Assembly: GCA_965232515.1 (NCBI GenBank)
Contig: CBDDPY010000002.1
Span: 6,432,001 to 6,496,000, forward strand
DNA from: Alphaproteobacteria bacterium
Lineage (GTDB): Bacteria; Pseudomonadota; Alphaproteobacteria; GCA-2731375
Direction of reading: 5' to 3'
Length of the DNA stretch: 64,000 nt
Below, piece after piece: positions 50,940 to 60,607 of the stretch. The translations under genes and the position numbers were made by a program. A model generated the notes under the pieces. The model was not told the origin of the DNA. It did not search any database and saw nothing but the letters and a program-made list of their open reading frames with translations. Position 1 is the first letter of the stretch; the number at the start of each line of letters is the position of its first letter.

Positions 50940-51413
50940 CTAGACACGGATGCCTTTTGGCTGGTCGCTTTCGGCGACGGGCGGGACGCCCACACCCTCG
51001 TCCGCCGGTGAATCGGCCGGGCTTGAAAACGTCGCTTTGAGCTCCTGGACGGTCGCCACGAACGCGTCGAACTCCTGCCGGAATGCAAGCCCGTCGAGGG
51101 CGTCGGTTTTGCAGCGGCGGCTGTAGACGACCAGCCCGGTCCGGTCGCACAGGCCCAGGTGGCCGCCGTCGGTGTCCAGGCCGAACAGATTGGCGCGCAG
51201 CAGGTTCGCCAGGAAGTCGATCAGGTCAGTGGGCGGCGGCCGCATAAGGGGTGAGAAGGTGTAAAGCCAGCCCTGATCGCCATCGAACTCGATGTTGCAT
51301 TCAAGCTCGTCGTCGACCAACAGGGAGCAGACGTTCCGCTCATTGAGCATGAGCGGGCCGGCGGCGACGGAATGTGCGAGTTCCTGCAACAGGCTGTTGA
51401 CGTGGTCACGCAT
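50940..51413 (-). CDS. Class IA T3SS chaperone (CesT family)
   Basis: LMLNERNVCSLLVDD and LLRANLFGLDTDGGHLGL...FDAFVATV. Confidence 0.9.
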   Translation of the reverse strand: MRDHVNSLLQELAHSVAAGPLMLNERNVCSLLVDDELECNIEFDGDQGWLYTFSPLMRPPPTDLIDFLANLLRANLFGLDTDGGHLGLCDRTGLVVYSRRCKTDALDGLAFRQEFDAFVATVQELKATFSSPADSPADEGVGVPPVAESDQPKGIRV

Positions 51414-51490
51414 GGCGGCGGAGCTCCGACGGGAAGCGACGGGCGCGTCGTCTCGGTGGTGCCAGCCTAGCGGCCCCGGCGGCGGGCCAT

Positions 51491-51510
51491 AACGGACCAT
51501 TCTCGGACCG
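51491..51510 (-). promoter_or_regulatory. T3SS-locus direct-repeat box, copy 7
   Basis: Minus strand CGGTCCGAGAATGGTCCGTT; plus-strand GGAC at 51494 and 51505. Confidence 0.75.
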
Positions 51511-51557
51511 GTCTTTTCGCCCGTGGCTGCAATCTGCCGGCGCGGCGGACATCCGGA

Positions 51558-51577
51558 TTCGTCCAAGCATCGTCCAT
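51558..51577 (+). promoter_or_regulatory. T3SS-locus direct-repeat box, copy 8
   Basis: TTCGTCCAAGCATCGTCCAT; GTCC at 51561 and 51572. Confidence 0.75.
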
Positions 51578-51662
51578 TTCGGGCGATCAACACCGCATCG
51601 GCGCGGCTGTACCGTGCAGCCAGACGCGGCCGTCAGCCCGCTCGTGCGAAGGATGAAGACCC

Positions 51663-54600
51663 ATGCCCCCCAAGTTTCCCAACGTGACAGACCAGAACGC
51701 TCAGTTGGAAATGCGGACTGCCATCGCTCACGAACGGGCGATCAGCCCGATCGCCATCGAGCGAGAAAAGGGGCAGGGCTGGGCGGCGAAGGTAGAGTTT
51801 TCAGAGCAGATCCAGAACTCGCCGTTGAAGTCGCGGATCAAGCGGGCGGACGTGGCCAAGTTCGATCTGGTCATGCCGAGAGCCGACCTCGATGTCGATG
51901 GCGGCATCCGCCAGGGCTTTCGCCGCAACGCCATCAACAAATTCCGCAATCATAACAGCGCCCCCGCGCGTCAGGAAAACGTGCCATTGCCGGCGGACAA
52001 GGGACCGCGGAAGGGCGCCGGCAACGACGACGTCGGCCTGGAATACGGCGACGACCGCCCCCAGGTTCCACCACGGCCCGCCCAGGACGAAGAACCGGCC
52101 AACGGCAACTGGCAGGCCGTTATTCACGGTGCCGCCTACGACGCCGACAGCGGCGCTGTCGCGAGCCTTCAAGTCTCGGCCTGGGACGACCATGCACCGG
52201 CCGGCCTCGCCGCCAAGGTCAACGCCTATGATGAGCCGGCGGCCGTGGAGGCCTATTTCGAGCCGCAGGCAGGTTCGGCGCCGAAGCCGGCCGGCGACCG
52301 GGCGCCGCGCGCCTTCGACCCCCTGGGGCGGGACTTCCGCTACCAGCAACTGGTGAACTTCGCCCACAACACCCACACCCTGGTCGGCGACAGCAGGGAC
52401 GAGAAGGAACTGGCGAGCAAGGAAGAGGTCTACCGGTTCAACCACTACAAAAGCGCGCTCAACCGCATCGACCCCCAGTTCGCGGTAAGAAACCGCGGCG
52501 TCGATGTCGACAGCCCGTTCTACCGCACAAGTGAACGCACCGACATCCACAAGGATATGGGGCGGGCGTTCTTCCATGAGCGGATGCGCGCGGCGGGCTA
52601 TATCTCGCCGGACCTCCGCGAGGAGTACAAGAACCTGACGATGGAAGAGCGCGTGACGCTGGCGCACGCGGAGCTCAAGCACAAGATCGGCGACATGAGC
52701 AAGTCGGAGCGTCGCGCGATGGCCGTCGACATGGCGCGGATCAAGGCCTGCAGGGTCGCGACGAAGCGCCATCAGGACGACCGCAAGAACGTTCGAATGG
52801 AGGTTCCCGACCGAAAAGACCCGCACCGCTGGGGGATGAAGGAATCGATCGCGAAGGCCATGGACGGCAGCGAAAAGAGCCGGGATAAATTCAAGAACCT
52901 GCCCAGCCGCGCCGTCAAAAAGGGGCTGAAGGAAATCGAGTTCTGGGCCGAACCCCTGGGTAAAGAAGAAGTCGCGAAACTGAAGCAGGACTTCAAGGAC
53001 TGGTGCTGGGAGTACAACACGTCACTGGAACCTCAGATCGCCGCGCGCGAGGAACGCCGCACGGCCATGTCACGAAGCGTGCTGCAGGAACTCGGCATGC
53101 CGGTGACGTTGCTCGAAGCGGAAGACGCCGAACGCATTGCCGATGCGGCGGAAGAGGAGTTCGCCAAGGCCCGCGACTTCAGCCTCTGGAAGTCGGTGGT
53201 GGCCTCCGCGGCCAACCTGTTGACGTTCGGCGGTGCGAAACACCTCAGTGCGTGGGTGCGGCGCCATGCCGAGAACGTCGGCACCGAGAAGAATGCGCAA
53301 AAGCTCCAATCGCAGCTCAACCGAACGATCGAAGATCGCGCGGACCTGTACCTGTACGAAGAAAACGTTCAGCGCACCAAGGACTGGGTCCTCGAGCAGT
53401 ACAAGTTCGAGCCCGAGGACATACGCAAGTTCGGTCACGAAAAGCTGTTCGATCCATTGGGCTTCTATGCGGCGATCGGCAACTTCACGAAGGAAGAAGT
53501 CATCGCCAACATCAGGGAACAGGTGGCCCGTTCGGAGGGCCACGACTTGAACAACCCGCCGGTGGACAGTGACGATCCGGCGGAGCACGAGCGGTACCTC
53601 GCCTACAAGGAGTTCGAACGGTTTCTGGAGCCGATCACCGCCGGAATCTTCGAAGGCATGTGCCAGGCTCTCCACGAGTCGGCCGGGGACCAACTGAAGC
53701 TGCGTGCCATCGCCGCCGCGACCAACGATGCCGACAACTACGTCGTGGTATCGAACGCGATGATGCGGCTGAACTGCGAATACGTCTGGCGGCAGGTCGG
53801 GAACATGTTCTCGGACTACAACGGCCCGGTGCGCCGCGCTGGCCGCCTCCACAACATCGAGATGTCGAGCCGTGAGGTCGCGGCGATCGACGGCGATCTC
53901 GAGAGCTCCAAGAAGGACGGCGTCATTGTGGACCCGTTCTCTGGCGGTCACGGCGGCGACGGCGACGAAACGCAAGAGATCATGTTGCCGGTCGCCGGTG
54001 CGCGCCGTGAGGCCCTGGTGGAAAACGTCAAGGTGGCCAAGTCGGACATCGAGGAAGCCGAGCGGGTCGCCAAGGAATTGAACAACCTCTTTGGCGGCAG
54101 CGACGATCCGAACTCGATGCTCGGCATGCAAGCGACACTGGACAAAGCGCTCTTCGACCTGACCTTCGATACGGCCCGTCCGGCCGAGAGTTTGGACGAC
54201 GTGTCGGCGCGATATGCGCCGTTCGGTGCGAAGATCGATGCCTTGAGAGAAAGGGCGGAAGACGTCCGGAAATTGCTACAGCCCGATTGGCAGGACAGGC
54301 TCGACGTGATGCTCGACGATTTCGAGTCGCAAGTGGACAACCTCGAAGACCTGCACAGGCGAATCGTAAGTCTGGAGGACACGCTCGCTCAGGCGCAATC
54401 GGCCCGGCAAATCGATGACGATTCGATACGGCGCTTTCGGCGCGAGATGACATTGGCTTCCGATCGCCTGGCGCGGACGGTCGACGGCGTCGGCGGCGAT
54501 CCGAAGATCGTGAAGACCTGCCTGAAAACGCTGGAAAGCGGCATGGTCTCCCTGATGAAGAGCACGCGGGACATGTATGTGGCCGCCGAAGCCGCCGAAC

Positions 54601-57293
54601 AGCGCCTGGATCAGCTCGAGCATGATGTCAAAAGCGGCAAGACGTCCCTGAGAGAGGCGAGCCAGGCCGCCCTGGGGACCTACGGCACGTTCATGACCAA
54701 CCATGGCGCTTACGCGAAGGCGACTCAGCGCAGGCCGGCATTCGCCGACAAGTTCGATGCCATGCCGCTGCAGCTCGAGGCGCAGATGGCCCGGCTGCTT
54801 CCGGCGGCGCTCGGCATCGAGATGAAGCACGACGAGACGCTTTCGCCTGAAGCGGTTCACACCTTCATGGATATGGCGGCCGCAGGCGTCGCGGATGACG
54901 TCCTGGTCGACAATTTCAAGTTCTATATCGACCGGCTCTCCGAGGACAAGGATGTCACGCTCCGGGATGTCGACGATACCCTGTCGATGATCGGCGCGCC
55001 CGGTCAAGGTGACGGTGCCCAGGACCGGCCCTTGAGGCTTTTTGCCTCACAGGCCTTTGACGACAAGCCTGAAGCCGAGCTCATCTTCTGCGTCCGAATG
55101 CTGCGTCAGCGAGGCCGTTCGGAGGCAGAGCTGCGCGCCCTGGAGCATGCCTATTTCGCCAAGGCCGCGGAGACCGCCGTGGTCGAGAGCCAGGAATCCG
55201 TGGAGACTGCGCGCGCGGCCCTTTCCGCTCAGGCGGCGCCGGCCCGGGAGCCTGCCGCAGGGACCGGCGTCGACGATGACGGCATTCCTGTCATCGAAGA
55301 CTATTTCGACCGCGTCGATCCCCATCGGGTTGTTGGTTCTGACGACGATCAATTCGTCATCAGCGATGTCGACGATGCGCCCGTCACCGTCACCAACAAG
55401 ATCATCGACGATGTGGTGGCGATGGCGCCGGACCACCCCTTGTTCGAATCGGTTGGCATGGACTGGGTCAGGCTGGCGGCGCAGAACCTGAAGGATCTGT
55501 TGAATCCCGAAAAGGTGGATTCACAGCCTGCCGAGGACATGGCCCGGGCGCGGACCTTCGCCCGCATGTTCGGTTCCGTCACCGGAAAGAACATCGGCGA
55601 ACTGCGCACGACCATTCAGCAGGGCCAGGCGACAGAGATCGAAAACCAGATCGCCGCGCAGCTCAGCTTCGATGTGAAGAACGATCTCAACGATGCAAAA
55701 AAAATGAAGCAGGTCGCCACCAACGCGGTCGTCGACAAGGAGAATGCGCCGGGCATGCGGCACCTGAACTGGCGCAGCGACAACGTGCTGAAGCTGATGC
55801 ACGAGCAGCGCCAGGAAGCCCAGCTCGTTGAAGGCGCCGTGATCAAGCCGTTGAAGGCGTTCGCTGAGTTGCTCGACGGCAAGAACGTGGAGACGCCCGA
55901 GCAGGTTCGGGAACTGTTGGAGAGCAAGCAGTTCCGCTCCAAGGCCAGGGTGCTGGAGCAACTGTGTCGCTTCGACGATGCCTATAGCGACATCGAGGAC
56001 AGTGATGACCGCGGCGACCGCAGCGCCACCTATGACTTGAACCTGATGGCGTTGAAGCAGATTGCGCCAGACGTTCGCGGCTTCGATCCGGCCAGGATGG
56101 AAGCCGGGAACCGGTTCATCAACAAGATGAAAATCTGGTGGAACGAAGAGGATCCGCGAAAGACGGCTGAAAATGTGCTCGACGATCGGAACCGGCAGGT
56201 CGCCGAACGATTCGAGAATGTCTGGGCACACCTGAAAATGCTCAACGCCATCGCCGCGTCGAACGACCTGCTGGTGGAGGATCTGAAGAACCTGCAAGGC
56301 CAGCGCGACGCGCTGCTAAGCAAGGTACAGCTCCACTGCCAGGATCAGCTCGTGACGCTGGCGATCATGGAGGAGTTCAAGGCCTCCGGCCTCGACCTCG
56401 ATCAGTTCAAACTGGACGCCGCTGCCGTCGACAACATCAAGGACCGCCTGCAGAGCTGGGGCCAGCGTTCCGCGTGGGACAGCTTTATCACCCGGAACGA
56501 AGAGCTGCTGGAAGGCCGCCTGACGCGGCAAATCATGGACAAATGGCAGGCCGACTCCGTAGGGCTGCCGTCCGCACTGAAAGACGAGTATCGCCGGCTC
56601 AACGAAGCCCTGAACGACTTCGAGGAACTGATCCGGCAATACCAGGCGGACGGCAAGCAGTTCCTGGGCACGCCTCTCGATCCGGCCGTGGCCGGACAAT
56701 TCGACACGGACGAGGTGCAAGGCGCCGTAGAGGCGCTGCCGCGGGAAGCCGCTGCCCACACGTTTGGAGACATGCTCAGTGCCGGGGCGGCCTGGCATGA
56801 CCATGTCGATTGGCCGGGCGCGACCGCCGCCGACATGCGGCAGATGACGCCGGAGGCGTTCGCGAACGAACTCAAGAACGGTCTCGTCGGCTTCGCAGAC
56901 AAGGCCGGTAAGACGGACATGACGCGAAAGCAGACCGACGCACAGAACGCGAACGACAGGACATGGGCCAATGGCCTGGCGCAAATCGTCGACAAGGCCG
57001 AGCGCTTCAACGCCCTGGTTGCCGACACGTTGGAGAAGAAGGCCGCGCTCATTCCGCCGTCGCCGAGCCGGATGAAAGACCTGGAAGCCGCGGCGAAGGA
57101 GCTGAAGGACTCGGTCCGCGATCTCGATCCAAAGCAGCTGGATCAGATGAAGAGCCACCGCTATCGGAACAAGGGGTCGCGGCGCGCCCGGTACCGGGTG
57201 CCCACCAAGCACTTCCTGAACGCGGTCGACAAGGCGCTGTTCGAAAGCATCCCCCGGATGGCTGACCGGCAGTTGGCGCGGGTCAAGGCTTAG
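51663..57293 (+). CDS. Putative giant T3SS effector 4 (1876 aa, largely helical/coiled coil)
   Basis: Long ORF with box 8 upstream and a CesT chaperone immediately downstream; disordered Pro-rich N-terminus. Confidence 0.72.
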   Translation: MPPKFPNVTDQNAQLEMRTAIAHERAISPIAIEREKGQGWAAKVEFSEQIQNSPLKSRIKRADVAKFDLVMPRADLDVDGGIRQGFRRNAINKFRNHNSAPARQENVPLPADKGPRKGAGNDDVGLEYGDDRPQVPPRPAQDEEPANGNWQAVIHGAAYDADSGAVASLQVSAWDDHAPAGLAAKVNAYDEPAAVEAYFEPQAGSAPKPAGDRAPRAFDPLGRDFRYQQLVNFAHNTHTLVGDSRDEKELASKEEVYRFNHYKSALNRIDPQFAVRNRGVDVDSPFYRTSERTDIHKDMGRAFFHERMRAAGYISPDLREEYKNLTMEERVTLAHAELKHKIGDMSKSERRAMAVDMARIKACRVATKRHQDDRKNVRMEVPDRKDPHRWGMKESIAKAMDGSEKSRDKFKNLPSRAVKKGLKEIEFWAEPLGKEEVAKLKQDFKDWCWEYNTSLEPQIAAREERRTAMSRSVLQELGMPVTLLEAEDAERIADAAEEEFAKARDFSLWKSVVASAANLLTFGGAKHLSAWVRRHAENVGTEKNAQKLQSQLNRTIEDRADLYLYEENVQRTKDWVLEQYKFEPEDIRKFGHEKLFDPLGFYAAIGNFTKEEVIANIREQVARSEGHDLNNPPVDSDDPAEHERYLAYKEFERFLEPITAGIFEGMCQALHESAGDQLKLRAIAAATNDADNYVVVSNAMMRLNCEYVWRQVGNMFSDYNGPVRRAGRLHNIEMSSREVAAIDGDLESSKKDGVIVDPFSGGHGGDGDETQEIMLPVAGARREALVENVKVAKSDIEEAERVAKELNNLFGGSDDPNSMLGMQATLDKALFDLTFDTARPAESLDDVSARYAPFGAKIDALRERAEDVRKLLQPDWQDRLDVMLDDFESQVDNLEDLHRRIVSLEDTLAQAQSARQIDDDSIRRFRREMTLASDRLARTVDGVGGDPKIVKTCLKTLESGMVSLMKSTRDMYVAAEAAEQRLDQLEHDVKSGKTSLREASQAALGTYGTFMTNHGAYAKATQRRPAFADKFDAMPLQLEAQMARLLPAALGIEMKHDETLSPEAVHTFMDMAAAGVADDVLVDNFKFYIDRLSEDKDVTLRDVDDTLSMIGAPGQGDGAQDRPLRLFASQAFDDKPEAELIFCVRMLRQRGRSEAELRALEHAYFAKAAETAVVESQESVETARAALSAQAAPAREPAAGTGVDDDGIPVIEDYFDRVDPHRVVGSDDDQFVISDVDDAPVTVTNKIIDDVVAMAPDHPLFESVGMDWVRLAAQNLKDLLNPEKVDSQPAEDMARARTFARMFGSVTGKNIGELRTTIQQGQATEIENQIAAQLSFDVKNDLNDAKKMKQVATNAVVDKENAPGMRHLNWRSDNVLKLMHEQRQEAQLVEGAVIKPLKAFAELLDGKNVETPEQVRELLESKQFRSKARVLEQLCRFDDAYSDIEDSDDRGDRSATYDLNLMALKQIAPDVRGFDPARMEAGNRFINKMKIWWNEEDPRKTAENVLDDRNRQVAERFENVWAHLKMLNAIAASNDLLVEDLKNLQGQRDALLSKVQLHCQDQLVTLAIMEEFKASGLDLDQFKLDAAAVDNIKDRLQSWGQRSAWDSFITRNEELLEGRLTRQIMDKWQADSVGLPSALKDEYRRLNEALNDFEELIRQYQADGKQFLGTPLDPAVAGQFDTDEVQGAVEALPREAAAHTFGDMLSAGAAWHDHVDWPGATAADMRQMTPEAFANELKNGLVGFADKAGKTDMTRKQTDAQNANDRTWANGLAQIVDKAERFNALVADTLEKKAALIPPSPSRMKDLEAAAKELKDSVRDLDPKQLDQMKSHRYRNKGSRRARYRVPTKHFLNAVDKALFESIPRMADRQLARVKA

Positions 57294-57355
57294 CCGTCGA
57301 GCGGGGCCCGGACGCCGGCGCCCCGTTTCCCGCGTCGCCAATGAAAGGACAAGAC

Positions 57356-57829
57356 ATGCAAGATTTCCGTGAAGACCTATTCGAGCATACGACGCAGGTT
57401 CTGGCCCTGCTGGGCGACGCGCTGGACGTCGATATGCGCCTCGATCAGGAGGGGAGCTGCTTCTTCGAGCACGACAACGGCTGGCGCATGGGCGTCATGC
57501 TCGCCGGCGAAGACCAGCTCGTGGCCGCCGTTTCGGTGCTGCCGAACGTCACGCCCCCGAGCGACGCGCGGCTGGCGTCGATCCTGACCGAGTTCAACTG
57601 GCTGGGCGGGCGGACCAACGGCGCCGCGCTGTCATGGAATCCTGCCGGCAACAGTTTCGTGGTATGGCGTTCCCGGGACGCGGAGACCGCGACCCCGGTC
57701 GACATCAACGCCGATCTGCTCCGACTGGTGGAAACGGCGGAGGACCTCCGGCCGGCCCTGTTTGCCGAACTGGAAGAGAACGCTCCGGCCCGCGACGATC
57801 AAGCGCCGCAAACGGCGCAGCGGGTCTAG
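57356..57829 (+). CDS. Class IA T3SS chaperone (CesT family)
   Basis: MRLDQEGSCFF and FNWLGGRTNGAALSWNP. Confidence 0.85.
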   Translation: MQDFREDLFEHTTQVLALLGDALDVDMRLDQEGSCFFEHDNGWRMGVMLAGEDQLVAAVSVLPNVTPPSDARLASILTEFNWLGGRTNGAALSWNPAGNSFVVWRSRDAETATPVDINADLLRLVETAEDLRPALFAELEENAPARDDQAPQTAQRV

Positions 57830-57871
57830 CGTTTATAGGGGATCCGTAGTCGGCATTCGCGAGCATCAAAA

Positions 57872-58034
57872 CGTCATTCCGGAAGCCGGTTCGCCCGAAA
57901 TCTACGATTTCGTTGGCGAACCGAGCTGTCCGAAATCTAGGAGAAGCCGACCTCGCCCGTCGGCCTTAGATTCCAAATCGCGAACTTTCCCAGCCAAATC
58001 GAAGATTTGGGGGAAAATTGCGTCCGGAATGACG
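57872..58034. repeat. Palindromic REP/RPE-like element
   Basis: Perfect 12-bp terminal inverted repeats CGTCATTCCGGA/TCCGGAATGACG enclosing hairpins CGAAATC-tac-GATTTCG and CCAAATC-gaa-GATTTGG. Confidence 0.7.
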
Positions 58035-58062
58035 AGTTCTGGCCGACGAACGTCGATTGGTG

Positions 58063-60126
58063 CTAGTCGTCGTCAACCGGGTCCTTGGCTGCCGGCTTTA
58101 TGGATAGCTGCAGCTCGATTTCGGACGGTGCCCGCGAATGCGGCGGATTTTGCGGCGGCATGTCGTCCGCGTCGGGCTCGGGCTGGGGCGCGGGGACATT
58201 GATGTCGTCTTCCCGGATACGCTCGAGGGCGGTGGCCAGATTGGGTTCGTGCGCACTGCCGGCCGCGTCCGATGCGCCCCGTTCGGATGCCCTCAACACA
58301 TCCGCATAAGGGTGCGCCGCCGCCAGCTCGACACTGTCGTCTTCCAGCAGTGCCGGCCGCAACACGCTTCGCGGCGGCGCGCCGATGGAAGGCAGCAGCG
58401 AGCCAGGGGCGTCGGCGCTGCGCCGGGACACTCGGGCGTTGCGGGCGAACGTCAGGTCATGGTTCAGCGCTGCCAGGGCGTCCGACGCGGATCCGCCCGC
58501 CTGCAACAGCAGGGAAGCGTTATTCATCGCGGTGTGCAGGTTGGTAAGCGGCAACCAACGGCGCTGTTCCGTGGCGCCGCGACCGGCAACCACCTTTTCG
58601 AGGTGCCCGGTATAAGTCGACAGGTTTTCGAACGGCCGCGCGTCCCAGCTCAGGATGCTGACCGAGCCCTCGACGTTCTGGCGGTTGCGAACGCCGATCT
58701 GCTGGTTGGCCGCGCGCATTTCCTCGATCAGCTCTCTGCGCACCGCCCTGATTTCCGGCCTCGACGCACCGCTCAGTGCGAGCATCGCAACGGTCCGGCG
58801 CACCTGCGCCGCCTGCCAGGATGTGAGCTCCCGGCTACCCAGGTTGCGCAGGCCCCGCCAGAACCCCCGGCGAATGCCGGTTCTGGAAACGTGCAGCAGG
58901 TCGCTGCAGCGCCGGAGCCGATCCGCAAGGGTATGGGCGTTCTCGCCGCGCGCCAGCAGATTGGCCAGATAGTCGGGCGGCAGGCTGTCCATGATCTCGC
59001 GGCCGCGGGTGTCGTGCGCCTCGACCAGGGCATCGGTGATGATCTGCCGTGGCATAACGAACGACGCCGATTTCGGCGCGCGATCGAAGCGGTCCAGTGC
59101 CGCGAGGTAGTCTCTTGCATCTGCTGCGAGCGGACCGCGCAGCCGGCCTGCTTCGGCGATATCGCGCGCACGCTCGTCCGCACCCGGGTTGCCCAACTGG
59201 CTGTGAACGTCGGCGAAGATCGAGTTGGCCAAGTCGCAGGCTTTTGCTTCCATGTAGGCCCGCGACGCCGGGTCTGCGCTCGGCTGGCCGCGGCCAGGCA
59301 GCCAGCCGTTCCGCTTGCCCGCCTGAACGAGCTCATGCAGCGTCTGCAAGTCGCGGCCCAGTCTGGCGCGCGCGCGTGCGCCGAATACCGGCTCGAGGCT
59401 GCGATCGTTCGATAAGTCCGTGTACAGATCTTCCAGTTGGCGGACCGCGCTGTCGGCGGGCGGCAGCTTTGGGCGCATGGCCCTAATGAATGCCACGGCG
59501 TCGGCTTTTTGTTCCGCGTAGGCCCGCTCGGCGTCCCGCAGTATGATTGAGGTCGCTGCGGTTTGGCCTTCGACGAGGCGCAGTCGCGCACGCGTTCCGA
59601 TGGACCCCATCAACGCACGCGCGTCTTGCGCTTCCCGGCTGTCGTCGTCCAGTCCGGCTTTTTGCAGGCCATGCAACAGATCTTCGGCCAGTCGTTGGTC
59701 CCGTACCATGTCCAGAAGATCCCGGTCGGACACGTCGGGCTTGTCTGTGAATTCATCCTCCAGATCGGAAGCGACCCTTGGGTTCGCGCGGTCGCTCAGC
59801 GAACCGACCAGGTTCTCCAACGCGCGCCATGTCGAAGTGAGATCATCGCGGGCATCTGGTGGACGCGTCCAGGTGATCCGCCCATCGGCTTCATACCCCG
59901 GCCCCTTCCGCTCGAACTTCGCGCTCGGTACGGCCGATGGATCGAAGGCGTCGGCCAGCGTCTTTACCGTCGCGACAGCTCCGAGGCTTGCCGGCGATGG
60001 CGCAACACTGGTGCGCTGCCTGATGTCGAGGCTGTTCCGGTCTTCGGCCGACGTCGTCGCAGCCGTGTCGGTATCCGGCACGCGGGGCTGCAAGCCATTG
60101 ATCGATCCTACGCCACCGCCAGTCAT
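58063..60126 (-). CDS. Putative T3SS effector 5 (687 aa, no recognised domain)
   Basis: Starts 10 bp after a CesT chaperone; G/S/T/P-rich N-terminus typical of T3S signals. Confidence 0.7.
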   Translation of the reverse strand: MTGGGVGSINGLQPRVPDTDTAATTSAEDRNSLDIRQRTSVAPSPASLGAVATVKTLADAFDPSAVPSAKFERKGPGYEADGRITWTRPPDARDDLTSTWRALENLVGSLSDRANPRVASDLEDEFTDKPDVSDRDLLDMVRDQRLAEDLLHGLQKAGLDDDSREAQDARALMGSIGTRARLRLVEGQTAATSIILRDAERAYAEQKADAVAFIRAMRPKLPPADSAVRQLEDLYTDLSNDRSLEPVFGARARARLGRDLQTLHELVQAGKRNGWLPGRGQPSADPASRAYMEAKACDLANSIFADVHSQLGNPGADERARDIAEAGRLRGPLAADARDYLAALDRFDRAPKSASFVMPRQIITDALVEAHDTRGREIMDSLPPDYLANLLARGENAHTLADRLRRCSDLLHVSRTGIRRGFWRGLRNLGSRELTSWQAAQVRRTVAMLALSGASRPEIRAVRRELIEEMRAANQQIGVRNRQNVEGSVSILSWDARPFENLSTYTGHLEKVVAGRGATEQRRWLPLTNLHTAMNNASLLLQAGGSASDALAALNHDLTFARNARVSRRSADAPGSLLPSIGAPPRSVLRPALLEDDSVELAAAHPYADVLRASERGASDAAGSAHEPNLATALERIREDDINVPAPQPEPDADDMPPQNPPHSRAPSEIELQLSIKPAAKDPVDDD

Positions 60127-60136
60127 GATCGCTTTC

Positions 60137-60607
60137 TCAACCCCTCAGATAGCCATGAACGTCCGGGCGTGGACGTAACGGCCAAACCGCGCGGTTATTG
60201 GCTAGATCGCGCAGCGTTGAAATCTCCCGGCGGAGGTTGTCAGTCACCGCGAAGAAATTGCTGACCAGCGAAATCATGTCCACGCCGCCGGCTGTCGTTA
60301 TGTCGACCACGTAGCGATAGACGATCACTTCACCGCTTTCGTCCAAACTGACGGTACCGCCGCGCAGCCTTTCGTTGTCTCCGTTCAACCGCAGCAGCCC
60401 GGCCAGCATCGACGGATCGTCCTGATGATGGAGGAATCCGACAACCCCGCTCAGGGTAAACGCGCTGCCTGTCGGCGGTACGTTGATGACGCATTCACCG
60501 CCGCCTTCGCGCTCAAGCACGCACTCGCCATCCTTGTCGAGAGCGAAGCCGCCGTCGGCGCCCGCACTGAACGCTGCAAGCGCACCGTTCACGCGCTCAA
60601 TCGACAT
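60137..60607 (-). CDS. Class IA T3SS chaperone (CesT family)
   Basis: FALDKDGECVL and LLRLNGDNERLRGGTVSLDE...VSNF; GGAG RBS before ATG 60607. Confidence 0.87.
   Translation of the reverse strand: MSIERVNGALAAFSAGADGGFALDKDGECVLEREGGGECVINVPPTGSAFTLSGVVGFLHHQDDPSMLAGLLRLNGDNERLRGGTVSLDESGEVIVYRYVVDITTAGGVDMISLVSNFFAVTDNLRREISTLRDLANNRAVWPLRPRPDVHGYLRG

Noticed and set aside
44305-60126. Large orphan ORFs as YopB/YopD-type translocators
   Set aside because: They lack long hydrophobic TM hairpins, and their partners are class I (CesT) rather than class II TPR chaperones.
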